A DNA stretch of 64,000 nt from Macrostomum lignano (GCA_002269645.1 NIVC01002152.1:124001-188000); one strand, 5' to 3'; numbered from the stretch's first letter, positions 14,992 to 28,012 are shown. Notes: generated by a model not told the origin, from the sequence alone. Program-made: numbers and translations.

Positions 14992-16309
14992 ATTATAGTG
15001 GTTTAAGGGACACATACTCGTATACATGCTCTATATGAGATAAAGCATGCTATTTTCCGGGCACTATTTAATTAGCGCCCTCGAGTCTTCGACGCATATT
15101 AATCGCCGTGTATTTATCGTCACTTCTGTTTAATAAACTGTTTTGTCTATGGTTGAAGCGCGCGTTGGAAGCCTGAAATAATGGAGAAATGGCGTTCCTT
15201 GGACAATCATAAAGACTCGGTGGGCCATAGAATAATGCACTTTATTCGAGCCGCGCAGGCCGTGGATTACATCCGAGCACAAAGAAATATCGCCTAATAC
15301 TCGGAGATGAACCATAGAATCTTCTCGTATCAGGCGATTCTTAATGTTTTCCTGGATTCTGTGATCGGGCTTTCCAAGAACTATCTCTCACCGTCGCAGC
15401 TCCGATGATAGCACAGCCTTTGACTACTGCAATTTAGCACGGTTATTCTGGTATCTGCTACCGAAATCAAAAGTAAAGAAAAAACAAAGGCAAAAAATTT
15501 CGTTCTTCTTATTAAGTTTTAGATCTCGCCAGCTGAGACATCCACTGCCTGCGGCTTGCCCGGATTTGAATAGGCGAAATTTCTATGAGAGATGAAGCAG
15601 AGAGGAGACAAAGGAGAGAACACTGACGCACTGACGCACTAGGGCACTCTGATATTCAAGAAGATTCAAGAGAACTCAAAAACATACGGTATAAGTCAGC
15701 CAAAAGAAGATTCCAATGCAAGCGGGCAGCTAAATTATTAATTTCTGCATATATTATTTTATTTATCAGCACACATTTGCACATGGTGAGAGAGTATAAC
15801 ACAGGCTAAAAAGTAAAACAAAAGTTTGAAATGGTAGAGGGCTGCACACAGGGTGTAGGTATAATTACTTAGCGACTCCGAATAATCAATTACATACTAA
15901 CAGTAGTAGTTATAAATATAATAGTAATAATAATAAAACAAAAACACCCATCTAAACACAATAGAGTGAATAATAATTACCTTACTAAGAGAATTAGAGA
16001 AAGCATAAAGCCATCCAATTAACTTAAATCCAAGAGACCAAAAGAAGAAGCGAAGAGGACGAAAAGGAAAAGAGAAAAAAGTTGGCGACGACAAATCGAT
16101 AGGAAAAACTTTGTTTAGAGCCATCGGGACGAAATGAAGAAATACGCATGAAAAGACCGATAAACACAGCTAATCATAATAATGATAATAGTTACACAAT
16201 AATATAGAAAACAGACGAAAATCATTGTGAGTGCTTTTTAATTAATTATATTTATAAAACAGATAATTCCACCGCACCAGGTGTAAACGAAATGACGCTT
16301 AAGCATTAC

Positions 16310-16878
16310 CACTGAATGTACATTAGCTTATACACTGAATGTACATTTGGTTGTACAGTGAGTGTACATTTGGTTGTACACTGAATGTACATTAGCTTGT
16401 ACACTGAATGTACATTAGCTTGTACACTGAATGTACATTTGGTTGTACACTGAGTGTACATTTGGTTGTACACTGAATGTACATTTGGTTGTACACTGAA
16501 TGTACATTCGGTTGTACACTGAATGCACATTCGGCTGTACACACTGAAGGTACATGTGGTTTTACACTGAACGCACATTCGGTTGTACACTGCTGAAAGT
16601 ACATGTAGTTGTACACTGAATGAAAATTCGGTTGTAAAATGAATGCACATTGGCTTGTAGACTGAATGTACATTAGTTTGTACACTGAATGTACATTAGT
16701 TTGTAAACTGAATGTACATTAGCTTGTACACTGAATGTACATTAGTTTGTACACTGAATGTACATTAGCTTGTAAACTGAATGTACATTAGCTTGTACAC
16801 TGAATGTACATCTGGTTGTACACTGAATGCACATTTGGTTGTACACTGAATGTACATTAGCTTGTACACTGAATGCAC
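16310..16878. repeat. 23-bp minisatellite (TACACTGAATGTACATTAGCTTG and variants), intergenic
   Basis: Direct inspection; briefly interrupted by degenerate units near 16540-16670. Confidence 0.9.
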
Positions 16879-18384
16879 AGTGACCCCACCTCACTCCATA
16901 GCCAGGCAACGAACATCCACACACCTCTTTTTATTGACCAGCTCTCTTATCGCTTTAATTTTTTCTACTAACAAGAGAGAATCTGACAAAAGAAAATTAT
17001 AAAACAATAATATTTTTAAATAGCAAAACCATTTACTAGCATTAACCTGCGGCCTAACTTCCGCATCCATACATACATAATAGAATGTCAGTTAAAAAAA
17101 TAATAGAAATTCAATAACACCCCACAGCCGGATATACAACAGAAGATTGCGGAGAATTAATTAAATTAGAATACTAATTATACTAAAATGAAGGGTTTAA
17201 CATCGGGACATACAAATTACTTTCTCGACATAAATACTTACTTTCTCGTATTAAAGTCAGTATACGAACAGAAAAACGATTTTACGTTAGTTAGACAGAC
17301 ACTAAAGATAACTTGATTTACCAATAATTATACACATAAACACCAGTATTGTGTATATAGTCAAGCGTAATACCAAATAAGCGCAGAGAACTAATCTACA
17401 TAGCAAGATATTACCTCAAATAAAAAAAACATTTTGCTCGACCAAAACTAAAATTTTTGTTAGGAGAAAATAAAAATTATTAAATGGGACACGTGAACTG
17501 TAGACGAGTAAAGCAAAAAGCCAGACAAAAACAATTTGCGATATATAGTACTACTACAACTATTGATAGTAGTAAATCGAGTCACCAACACAGAAATGGC
17601 AATGGACTTACTATTGACCAGCTATTTAGTCAGATAAATGTTGCGAACACATCACATCTAGCTAAAAGCTAAACATAAAATAAAAGAAAACTATAGGGAG
17701 AAAAGCAGACATACAGCAAGTTATTTGTGTGACCCGCATTTCTTCTTTTTTCCTACCAACTAAAACTGAATCCGAAAAGACGGACAGACTGCCCTCTAGG
17801 CTGAGATCCGTCCTTCTACATTTAACCCCTCTCTCCTTACTGCTCTCTCATTGGCTGAGCCAGATTGGGCCTGCCCTCTAGGCTGAGTTTTCATCCGTCT
17901 GACTTTAACCTCTCTCCTCACTGTTCTCTCATTGGCTGTGCAAGATTGGACCTGCCCCTTAGTCACTTGTGTACATCCAGTTAAATTGCTTGTTGTTCAT
18001 TCCTAACCCCATTTACTCCTGACGCTGCAACCCCGAGGAAGGAAATGAAATTTTAGCTGCCACATTTAACTTATGTGACACTGCGCAGACAAACTACTGA
18101 AAAAGAGTAGACGCTCTTATCTAGTTATTCTAGTAACTGTGGTTTGGACAAAATCTACACTACATGACATTCCCAGTTTCTCTACAGCGTTAAGAATAGA
18201 CTCTCAAATGCTCCCTGTGATATAGCTGCAATACATCCAAATTGCGGGCATGCAAACTTCACCTTATTATTAGTCTAAACTGAATGTTTAATGTTTAAAG
18301 CAAGCAAAGAACAGTCTAATGATGAAATTTCACTGTTCAGCCAATAAACCTCAGCTTAAAGTTCACACACAGAGCCGGAGAAGC

Positions 18385-21300
18385 TCAGTCAATCTTCACT
18401 GTAGAATAGATCTTGCGGACAAACAAGCTAGTAGCCACAAAACCGATAGCGCCGCAGACCAGAGCCAAAGCGGCGCAGAACAGGGCCATGTAACCAAAGT
18501 AGAATGACGTCTGGAACAGGCCGTACATTTTCGTCTTGAAAAAGAAATAGTACACGGCGTACATGTACAGATAGAGGGCGGTGGACGCTCCGGAGAGGAA
18601 GGAGCACCACTGCCAGCGGTAGTCCTCGGAGTTCAATAGGAAGTAGGCACACACGACCGTGACGCAGCCGGTGACGCACAGCAGGATGAGGAACACCAGG
18701 AAACTGAAGCCGAACACGTAATAGACTTTGTAGGCCCAAAACGAGGTGAATACGAAGTACATCTCGATGAAGATCGAGCCGAAGGGCAGCAGGCCGCCTA
18801 GCAGGCAGATGACTGGCGGCTCCATGAACCAGCGCTTCTCAGGTATGGGCCGGGGCACCGCGTTCACCTGGGGATGGGGTAATGGGTTGATAAGATAGTA
18901 ATAAGCTGCTGACATTATGGGAGTCAGCTGACATAATTGGAATCGGCTGACATGATGGGGATCAACTGACATAATTGGAATCGGCTGACATGATGGGGAT
19001 CAACTGACATGATGGCGATCAGCTGACATGATGGGGATCAACTGACATGATGGGGATCAGCTGACATGATGGGGATCAACTGACATGATGGGGATCAACT
19101 GACATGATGGGGATCAACTGACATGATGGGGATCAGCTAACATGATGGGGATCAACTGACATGATGGGGATCAACTGACATGATGGGGATCAACTGACAT
19201 GATGGGGATCAGCTAACATGATGGGGATCGGCTGACATGATGGGAATCGGCAGACATGATGGGGATCAGCTGATATGATGGGAATCGGCTGACATGACAT
19301 TGGGATCAGCTGACATGGTGGGAATCTGCTGACATGATAGATCACAGGACATTGGGATCAGCTGATACGACAGTGATACATCCGATGCATTGCCATAGCA
19401 ACAGCTAAAACCCCAGACGGAACGAACCCGACAGGGCAGGTTGGGCTGGCCAGCCAGGTTGCGGCCCAGCACGGTGCCAACAAGGCTCAGCGGCAGGATG
19501 ACGAAGCCAAGGATTGCCAGCATGGCGATGCTGTGCAGCACTGGCAGGCTGCGCGAGGCCCGATAGCCGATAGCGATCAGATTGACAGACAGAGCCACCG
19601 AGGTGAGCAGAGCCGGTATAAACAAGGCCTGCACCACGGCCTGCTTGATCCACTTCCTGCCGCCGGATCTGGCGTACAGGGCGCCGCCAACGAATCCGCC
19701 AACTGGGCTGGCGGCCGCGTACACAAAGATAGTGGCTGACAGCAGGCTGCCCCGCTCGGTGTACATCTCTACTAGCATGGCCAGGCTGACTACGGCCAGA
19801 ATGACGCAGGCCAGCTGCAGGCCGGAGCCAATCAGGACGGAGAATAGCAGCGGCTGGGTTGGGGCGCGGAACACGTCACCGTGCACCTGGGAGGGGGGGT
19901 TATAATCAATTTTTGACACGCTGTGAGAATCTATTGGCTGAATTACCCCCATACCGGTACACGCAAGAGTCAAAAGCTATTTCTGAATACAACTGTTGAG
20001 CAAGAGATTGTCTCCGAGCACCCATGCCTGTATCGGCAATTTCGGCAATGCACAAATGCGGCCTTACGGTTAACAAGATTTAACGGACGTGAAAAATTAC
20101 CAATCGCCGTTAAGTAGGCGTGTAATATTCCCTACTGCTTGAAATGCTATGATATAAGTAACTTGCAGCATTTTGAACGCCCCATCCAGGAAATTCACTA
20201 TCAAATATCGAAGGTTGTGACAAGTATTGATGCTAAAGTATGCGCGGTCGGAGATCTTTCTGTTGCCAAGGCAACAGTATCACGCAACTCACGTGGTCAT
20301 CATTGCTGTCGGATAATCGCAACACTGACTTATGCAATTTAATCAATTTTGCCTTACACTCAACTATCCAAGCAGTCAGTAGTCTTAAAGTGTCATTTTG
20401 TAGAAAAAGGTGTCATTTTGTTGGGAAAGGTGTCATTTTGTAGGGAAAGGTGTCATTTTGTAGGGAAAGGTGTCATTTTGTAGGAAAAGGTGTAATTTTG
20501 TTGGCAAAGGTGTAATTTTGTTAGGAAGGTGTCATTTTGTAGGGAAAGGTGTCGTTTTGTAGGGAAAGGTGTCATTTTGTAGGGAAAGGTGTCATTTTGT
20601 AGGGAAAGGTGTCATTTTGTAGGGAAAGGTGTCATTTTGTAGGGAAAGGTGTCATTTTGTAAGGAATGGTGTCATTTTGTTGGGAAAGGTGTCATTTTGT
20701 AGGGAAAGGTGTCATTTTGTAGGGAAAGGTGTCATTTTGTAGGAAAAGGTGTAATTTTGTTGGCAAAGGTGTAATTTTGTTAGGAAGGTGTCATTTTGTA
20801 GGGAAAGGTGTCGTTTTGTAGGGAAAGGTGTCATTTTGTAGGGAAAGGTGTCATTTTGTAGGGAAAGGTGTCATTTTGTAGGGAAAGGTGTCATTTTGTA
20901 GGGAAAGGTGTCATTTTGTAAGGAATGGTGTCATTTTGTTGGGAAAGGTGTCATTTTGTAGGGAAAGGTGTCATTTTGTAGGGAAAGGTGTCATTTTGTA
21001 GGGAAAGGTGTCATTTTGTAAGGAATGGTGTCATTTTGTTGGGAAAGGTGTCATTTTGTAGGGAAAGGTGTCATTTTGTAGGGAAAGGTGTCATTTTGTA
21101 GGGAAAGGTGTCATTTTGTAGGGAAAGGTGTCATTTTGTAGAAAAAGGTGTCATTTTGTTGGGAAAGGTGTCATTTTGTAGGGAAAGGTGTCATTTTGTA
21201 GGGAAAGGTGTCATTTTGTAGGGAAAGGTGTCATTTTGTAGGGAAAGGTGTCATTTTGTAGGGAAAGGTGTCATTTTGTAGGGAAAGGTGTCATTTTGTA

Positions 21301-23085
21301 AGGAATGGTGTCATTTTGTTGGGAAAGGTGTCATTTTGTAGGGAAAGGTGTCATTTTGTAGGGAAAGGTGTCATTTTGTAGAAAAAGGTGTCATTTTGTT
21401 GGGAAAGATGTCATTTTGTTGGGAAAGGTGTCATTTTGTAGGGAAAGGTGTCATTTTGTTGGGAAAGGTGTCATTTTGTAGGGAAAGGTGTCATTTTGTA
21501 GGGAAAGGTGTCATTTTGTAGGGAAAGGTGTCATTTTGTAGGGAAAGGTGTCATTTTGTAGGGAAAGGTGTCATTTTGTAGGGAAAGGTGTCATTTTGTA
21601 GGGAAAGGTGTCATTTTGTTGGGAAAGGTGTCATTTTGTAGGGAAAGGTGTCATTTTGTTGGGAAAGGTGTCATTTTGTAGGGAAAGGTGTCATTTTGTA
21701 GGGAAAGGTGTCATTTTGTTGGGAAAGGTGTCATTTTGTTGGGAAAGGTGTAGTTTTGTAGGGAAAGGTGTCATTTTGTAGTAGACTAATGCTATATCTT
21801 GACTTTGACTAAATTTTTCTTAACTTTTGTGCACTTTTTGCGGCCCGCGTATCTTAAATAAATATAGAATGCGGCCCGCTGCTAACAGTGGGTTGGAGAC
21901 CCCTGCTTTAGCCCAACCCCGATTCTGAATTTTAGCGTCGGTCATTGCTTGTCTGACGGTGTTTTGCGACATTTCGTACTCGCCTTAAGCCACTTAAGCG
22001 ACACTGCAAGGTATAAGCCGCAAAAACAAAATTAGCTGCTAATTAACGAATAAAAGGGCACTGACTGGATTGCTCATTAGATAACATCAATCAAGTTGAC
22101 TAAATCTGTTTGCTCATGCCATTGAATGGAAAAATATTGTATAATCTTTTTTTGCTCTGAAATTACTTAGTTAACTCTGATCATAACTGCTTCCAGATTT
22201 TTCTTCCTTCTATATCCGTCAACGACAGCCCAAGCCCAACACACACTGAGATAACTAGCTGCTCCTGACCTGCTTCCAGCCGTACTCATCTCCGAGATCC
22301 CGCTCCAAATCGTCCACATCGTCGGCCTTATTGTAGCGATCGTAGTCTTTGCGCAGAGTTCGCATCAGGATCATGGACACCAGGCCAACAAGGAATACAA
22401 CCATCATAAACGAATTGAAGATCGAGAACCAATGAATCCGGTGTTGGAAGAAGCTCGGGTCCAGATACTTATCAAACCGGTCGGCAAATTGCACCTTCGA
22501 AGGTTTAAACGTGACCTCGTAAGAGAAGGTAACCTTGGCGCCAGGTTTAATCAGCACTTTAGAGTCGCTAGTGAGATTAACATCAACAATCTGTTTGGCA
22601 TTGACGCCAATATCTAATTTCTTGTGCGTCCACAGATAGAACTGCGGCGGATCGTCTTTGCTAATTTCGCCAACAATACCCCAGATTGGCAGGTCGTCAA
22701 TGTACATCTGGTACCAATAGTGATTTTTAACGGCGTATATGAACGCTTCGGCCTTCTCCTCGGACAGCGTCACCTCGCAATAGGTGGTCCGCTTCACCGG
22801 CACGTTGAAGTCGATGTCTAAGCCGGACAATTCCAATTCAACGCCTTGCAAAGCTTCGCCAAGCGTCTCGTGGTAATGGGCAATGTCCTGCTTGGGACCG
22901 CGGCAGAATGGCAGGGAAAAATAAGTGTAAGTCTCCTGTCTATTGTGGTAGGGGCCGACGGTGTTCATCCACAGTACGACCTCTTCGCCCTCCTCGTACA
23001 CGTGGTTGTGCTCGTCTGAGCTGACAAGCTGGACAAGACTGAGTGCCAGCATAGTCAGATAGAACAGCGCTTTTATCTGCAGCAT
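18385..23085 (-). CDS. TM9SF3: Transmembrane 9 superfamily member 3 (nonaspanin), 585 aa
   Basis: Exons 23085-22270, 19886-19428, 18867-18385, both introns GT-AG phase 0 (WKQ|VHGDVFR, CR|[11 protein letters not shown]). Signal peptide, [37 protein letters not shown]-terminal [12 protein letters not shown] (KxD motif). Confidence 0.97.
18908..19370. repeat. 19-20-bp minisatellite (CTGACATGATGGGGATCAA/CAG) in TM9SF3 intron 2
   Basis: Direct inspection. Confidence 0.9.
20389..21780. repeat. 20-bp minisatellite (GGGAAAGGTGTCATTTTGTA), ~70 copies, in TM9SF3 intron 1
   Basis: Direct inspection. Confidence 0.95.
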
Positions 23086-23104
23086 TCTTCTCTATACTAC
23101 TGGA

Positions 23105-23118
23105 CTGTTAGTTAGTAG
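23105..23118 (-). promoter_or_regulatory. Branch point plus 3' splice site upstream of the TM9SF3 start codon (5' UTR intron or trans-splice acceptor)
   Basis: Minus strand GCTACTAACTAACAG|TCCAGTAGTATAGAGAAGAATG. Confidence 0.5.
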
Positions 23119-23314
23119 CTAATGGCGGGTGCGAATGTACTTTTGATAATTGTTTCGATAGAATCGGTCGAATTTCGACAGCCTTTACGCGGTTATAGTT
23201 AGTAAACATGCATAAAAGTTAAATGAGGTTGGAGATGGCACTAATTTATACAATGATTTCTAATTGCCTGCTTTCTTAATATGTATAAATGCTATGTCTG
23301 TTTATGAATATCAG

Positions 23315-23384
<70 letters not shown>

Positions 23385-23401
23385 CATCTATCCATCCATC
23401 C

Positions 23402-23448
<47 letters not shown>

Positions 23449-23453
23449 CATCC

Positions 23454-23484
<31 letters not shown>

Positions 23485-23485
23485 C

Positions 23486-23528
<43 letters not shown>

Positions 23529-23533
23529 CATCC

Positions 23534-23580
<47 letters not shown>

Positions 23581-23803
23581 CATCTATCTATCTATCCATC
23601 CATCTATCTATCTATCTATCTATCCATCCATCCATCTATCTATCTATCTATCCATCTATCTATCTATCTATCCATCTATCTATCTATCTATCCATCCATC
23701 TATCTATCTACTATCTATCTATCTACTATCTATCTATCTATCCATCTATCTATCTATCTATCCATCCATCCATCTATCTATCTATCTATCTATCCATCCA
23801 TCC

Positions 23804-23846
<43 letters not shown>

Positions 23847-23911
23847 CATCTATCTATCTATCTATCCATCCATCCATCCATCCATCCATCTATCTATCTA
23901 TCTATCCATCC

Positions 23912-23998
<87 letters not shown>

Positions 23999-24011
23999 CA
24001 TCCATCCATCC

Positions 24012-24094
<83 letters not shown>

Positions 24095-24119
24095 CATCCA
24101 TCTATCTATCTATCTATCT
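23315..24119. repeat. ~800-bp (TCTA)n/(TCCA)n, i.e. GATA/GGAT, tetranucleotide array
   Basis: Direct inspection; source of the IYLS ORFs. Confidence 0.97.
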
Positions 24120-24924
24120 GTGTTCTATCTTCTATTGTACTTTCTATTTACTTATCTGTTTGTGAGTTTACCTGTCTTCTACCTACTATCTATCTGTTCA
24201 CCCTTTACTGTACAGTTAGCTAAAAGAATAGAAGACGAGGGTGAAAACTATTTAAAAAACAAAAATGAACGATTTTTTTGTATTTATACTTGCTTTGTAG
24301 TAGAAATATTATAAAAAATGACGGATTATACAGAACGCAATACCAGAAACATACAGAAATGAAATGATGTGAAATTTACTTTTTAATTTGCTCCTATATT
24401 GATGAATTATATGCAGGTAAAAAATGACATTTGATCAATGGTGTTGTGTAACTCGGTGTCACTCAGGCTTGTGTTAAAGATAAAAATGTATCAAGGATAA
24501 AGCACAGAACTCTATAAAACTGGAGTAGACATATCTGAAATCTAAACGGATTTCGGACTGTAATGAGGATTAAGCATCGTAATTAACCAACCTGGAGTAG
24601 CAAATAGTAAAAATAATAGTAAAATAGCAGATTGTATTATAGAATGCACAGGGAATAGTTTTAAAAGATTAACGCTTTAAAATGCGAAGTTTTCGGTTCA
24701 TATACGGAAGAGATTAGAAAATGTTCTAGCGTTAAAATACGCACCATATAGTTAAAATTGGCCGTAGAAAATGCCATCGCATTGTAATACGAGAATAGAT
24801 GACTTAACGTCACTACCCTTAGAAAATATTGTCACTCCCCTAGAACAGTATTGTCACTCACCTGAAGCAGGTGAGGGAACAGCTGCAGATGGCACTGAAG
24901 CAGCTGAGGGAATAGCTACAGATA

Positions 24925-25605
24925 CTAACCTGACAATGTCACTCCCCCCGATTAGTATTGTCACTCACCCACTAACCTGACAATGTCACTCCCCTAGAAT
25001 AGCATTGTCACTCACCCACTAACCTGACAATGTCACTCCCCTAGAATAGTATTGTCACTCACCCAATTACCTGGAAATGTCACTCCCCTAGAATAATATT
25101 GTCACTCGCCCACTTTCCTGGAAATGTCACTCCCCTAGAATAGTATTGTTACTCACTCACTAACCTGGCAATGTCACTCCCCTAGAATAGTATTGTTACT
25201 CACTCACTAACCTGGCAATGTCACTCCCTTAGAATAGCATTGTTACTCACTCACTAACCTGACAATGTCACTCCCCTAGAATAGTATTGTTACTCACTCA
25301 CTAACCTGGCAATGTCACTCCCCTAGAATAGCATTGTTACTCACTCACTAACCTGGCAATGTCACTCCCCTAGAATAGTATTGTTACTCACTCACTAACC
25401 TGACAATGTCACTCCCCTAGAATAGCATTGTTACTCACTCACTAACCTGGCAATGTCACTCCCCTAGAATAGTATTGTTACTCACTCACTAACCTGGCAA
25501 TGTCACTCCCCTAGAATTGTATTGTCACTCACGCACAAACCTAGAAATGTCACTCCCCTAGAATAGCATTGTCACTTACTCACTAACCTGACAATGTCAC
25601 TCCCC
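24925..25605. repeat. 47-bp minisatellite downstream of the SOCS gene stop
   Basis: ACTAACCTGGCAATGTCACTCCCCTAGAATAGTATTGTTACTCACTC, about 14 copies, with degenerate lead-in from ~24815. Confidence 0.9.
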
Positions 25606-25749
25606 AAATATTGTAATTTTATACTTTGCTTGAAAAATTTAAAAACATACTTTTAGGTAAGTCGCAAAACTAAGTTGCATTTTCAGTCAAAACCAGGTCG
25701 CATGACCGGTGTAATTTTAGATGTTGCGCATGTCTGTCTGGTTACTCTT

Positions 25750-28012
25750 CTACTCGTAGAAACTCTCGACTTGATGGAAATCCTGCGCGATTGGCGATTG
25801 CGGTAGCGGCTGCAGCTCAAACTGGCTCACATTCTCAACAAAGTACTGCTCTACAAGCAGATACTGCTGCAGAGAATTTGGCAACGGAAGCAACCCGACA
25901 GCTGCGCTGGCTCCAAGCTGTCTGCCACGAATGCGGGCCATGATCTCGAAACGGCACAGATGTTTTAGCGATGGTAAAACAGAGTTACGGCTAAGCGGGG
26001 CCAGCTTTAACGGGCCATCAGCGGTCGGTTGTGGCAATAAATAGCGGGTGCTACATGTATTGGCGGATCTAACGCTTCTGGAATCTCGAACCAGGTAATC
26101 AATAAGGTCCGTTAGATTCGTGCGCGACCGAATATTCATATCACGCCAGCTGAGATGGAAGACACCTGTATTGAAGAATATTTCTTTTTTAGTAAAAAGG
26201 AAAAAATGCTACCTACTAAATCACAACTATTGAGTATACAGGTACAAGTGTACAGGTGAGCTACTCTGACAAGTGTACAGGTGAGCTACTCTGACAAGTG
26301 TACAGGTGAGCTAATCTTACAAGTGTACAGGTGAACTAATCTTACAAGTGTACAGGTGAGCTACTCTGACAAGTGTACAGGTGAACTTATCTTACAAGTG
26401 TACAGGTGAACTAATCTTAAGTGTACAGGTGAACTAATCTTAAGTGTACAGGTGAACTAATCTTACAAGTGTACAGGTGAACTAATCTTACAAGTGTACA
26501 GGTGAACTAATCTTACAAGTGTACAGGTGAACTAATCTTACAAGTGTACAGGTGAACTAATCTTACAAGTGTACAGGCGAACTATTCTACAACGGCTACT
26601 GCACCCTACTGTAAGCTATTGATACGAGTAGAATGATTTCCACTTTCATGACTCACTGGACTCGCAAACGATTTTGGTGTCAAATGTTAAGCCATTATAA
26701 AGCAGGCATAGATAGAAAACATTTAAATTATAGGGCGATTCTCGCACAATAAACGATCCATTGGGTCGGCCGGCCAAAATTCTAGTCACATCGGCGCTAT
26801 TCAGGGGACCGAAGTACCACGGCATCTGTGGGGACGGGAGCGATTTCATCTGGGAGTTTTGCAGTTAATAATAATAATAATATAAAAACAGATCAAACCT
26901 GCCCCAATCGGACCAGATGTGCAACCGACAGCTCAGCCGCAGCTATTGCGCGGCGCATCTGAAGGCTGCGTACGGCTGTTCAGTCCAAGGACTGGGTGGT
27001 CGCCACACACAGCCTCAATTACCCCAGCTGATGCTGGTACCCACTTTATAGCTGAATGGACTGAAGCAATGCAGAGTGAAGTGTCTTGCTCAATGACACA
27101 AACGTTTGCGAGTGGGTCGAGAATCGAACCCTCGACCTTGAAGGCTTCAATTCGTCAGTCTGACGCTCTAACCACTAGGCTACAACCCCCTTATGTTGCA
27201 CTTGGGAACAGGCATACCGGCAGACAGGACAGACAGGACAGGCAGGACAGACAGGACAGACAGACAAGTAGGACAGACAGGACAGACAGACAGGACAGAC
27301 AGGACAGGCAGGACAGACAGGACAGACAGACAAGTAGGACAGACAGGACAGGCAGGACAGACAGGACAGACAGACAAGTAGGACAGACAGGACAGACAGA
27401 CAGGACAGACAGGACAGGCAGGACAGACAGGACAGACAGACAAGTAGGACAGACAGGACAGGCAGGACAGACAGGACAGACAGACAAGTAGGACAGACAG
27501 GACAGACAGGACAAAAAGACAAGTAGGACAGACAGGACAAGACAGACAGGACAGACAGGTCAGACGGGCGATCTGGAGTAGAGGTAGAATTCAAGGCAGC
27601 AAGAAATCTTTACCTGTTTAATCTGTTTGATGTCAAACATACAGGGGTAGTGTCCACTTTGGCGGCTAATCTGGTACGCGAACCTGCCGCTTCTTTCAAA
27701 ATTTTGCAGACTAATCTCAGACTCGTTGGCCCTTCGATAATCTCTTTGATGATTGCTCCTGCCGCCAATGAAGCGACAGGTCGTCAGGATTCGGCAGACA
27801 CGCTGCCAAACTGTCCCACTCTCAGGCCGCGCAGATTGGATACTGCGAGTGTCTGCTACAGGTTCTTGAAGATCCGCCAGAGGCGGCAGAGGCGGCAGAG
27901 GCCTGATCTCATCGTTTATTGGCCGCCTGTGTAGGCGGGGTGGTATTAGCGGAGGTCGTTGTTGCTGGATTGGCTGCTCAACAACCTGCTGATCCATGCC
28001 TAGTGGCTCCAT
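25750..28012 (-). CDS. SOCS-family protein (Pro-rich N-terminus, SH2 domain, SOCS box), ~335 aa
   Basis: Exons 28012-27614, 26849-26657, 26165-25750, GT-AG, phases 0 and 1. SH2 PWYFGPLNSADVTRILAGRPNGSFIVRES; SOCS box VLPSLKHLCRFEI...LLPLPNSLQQYLL. Start ATG inferred. Confidence 0.88.
26243..26592. repeat. 25-bp minisatellite (ACAAGTGTACAGGTGAACTAATCTT / ...GAGCTACTCTG) in SOCS intron 2
   Basis: Direct inspection. Confidence 0.9.
26866..27190 (-). mobile_element. tRNA-derived CORE-like SINE, copy 3, near full length with (TTA)n tail, in SOCS intron 1
   Basis: Same head and body as copies 2 and 4; (TAA)n on the plus strand at 26866-26880. Confidence 0.85.
27221..27560. repeat. GACAG/GACA-based composite microsatellite in SOCS intron 1
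   Basis: GGACAGACAGGACAGGCAGGACAGACAGGACAGACAGACAAGTA higher-order units. Confidence 0.9.

Noticed and set aside
17789-17960. Two-copy ~80-bp duplication containing ATTGG (CCAAT) boxes
   Set aside because: Lies downstream of TM9SF3 with no associated ORF or TSS evidence; treated as a small local duplication.
21830-21905. hAT MITE-like end (GCGGCCCGC...GGTTGGAGACCCCTGC) in TM9SF3 intron 1
   Set aside because: No matching opposite terminus found; too short to call.
23264-24314. 319-341-aa IYLS-rich ORFs
   Set aside because: Translations of the (TCTA)n microsatellite.
16310-25605. Regular 20-52-bp arrays as CRISPR-like loci
   Set aside because: Units are head-to-tail with no unique spacers, there are no cas genes, and the context is eukaryotic.
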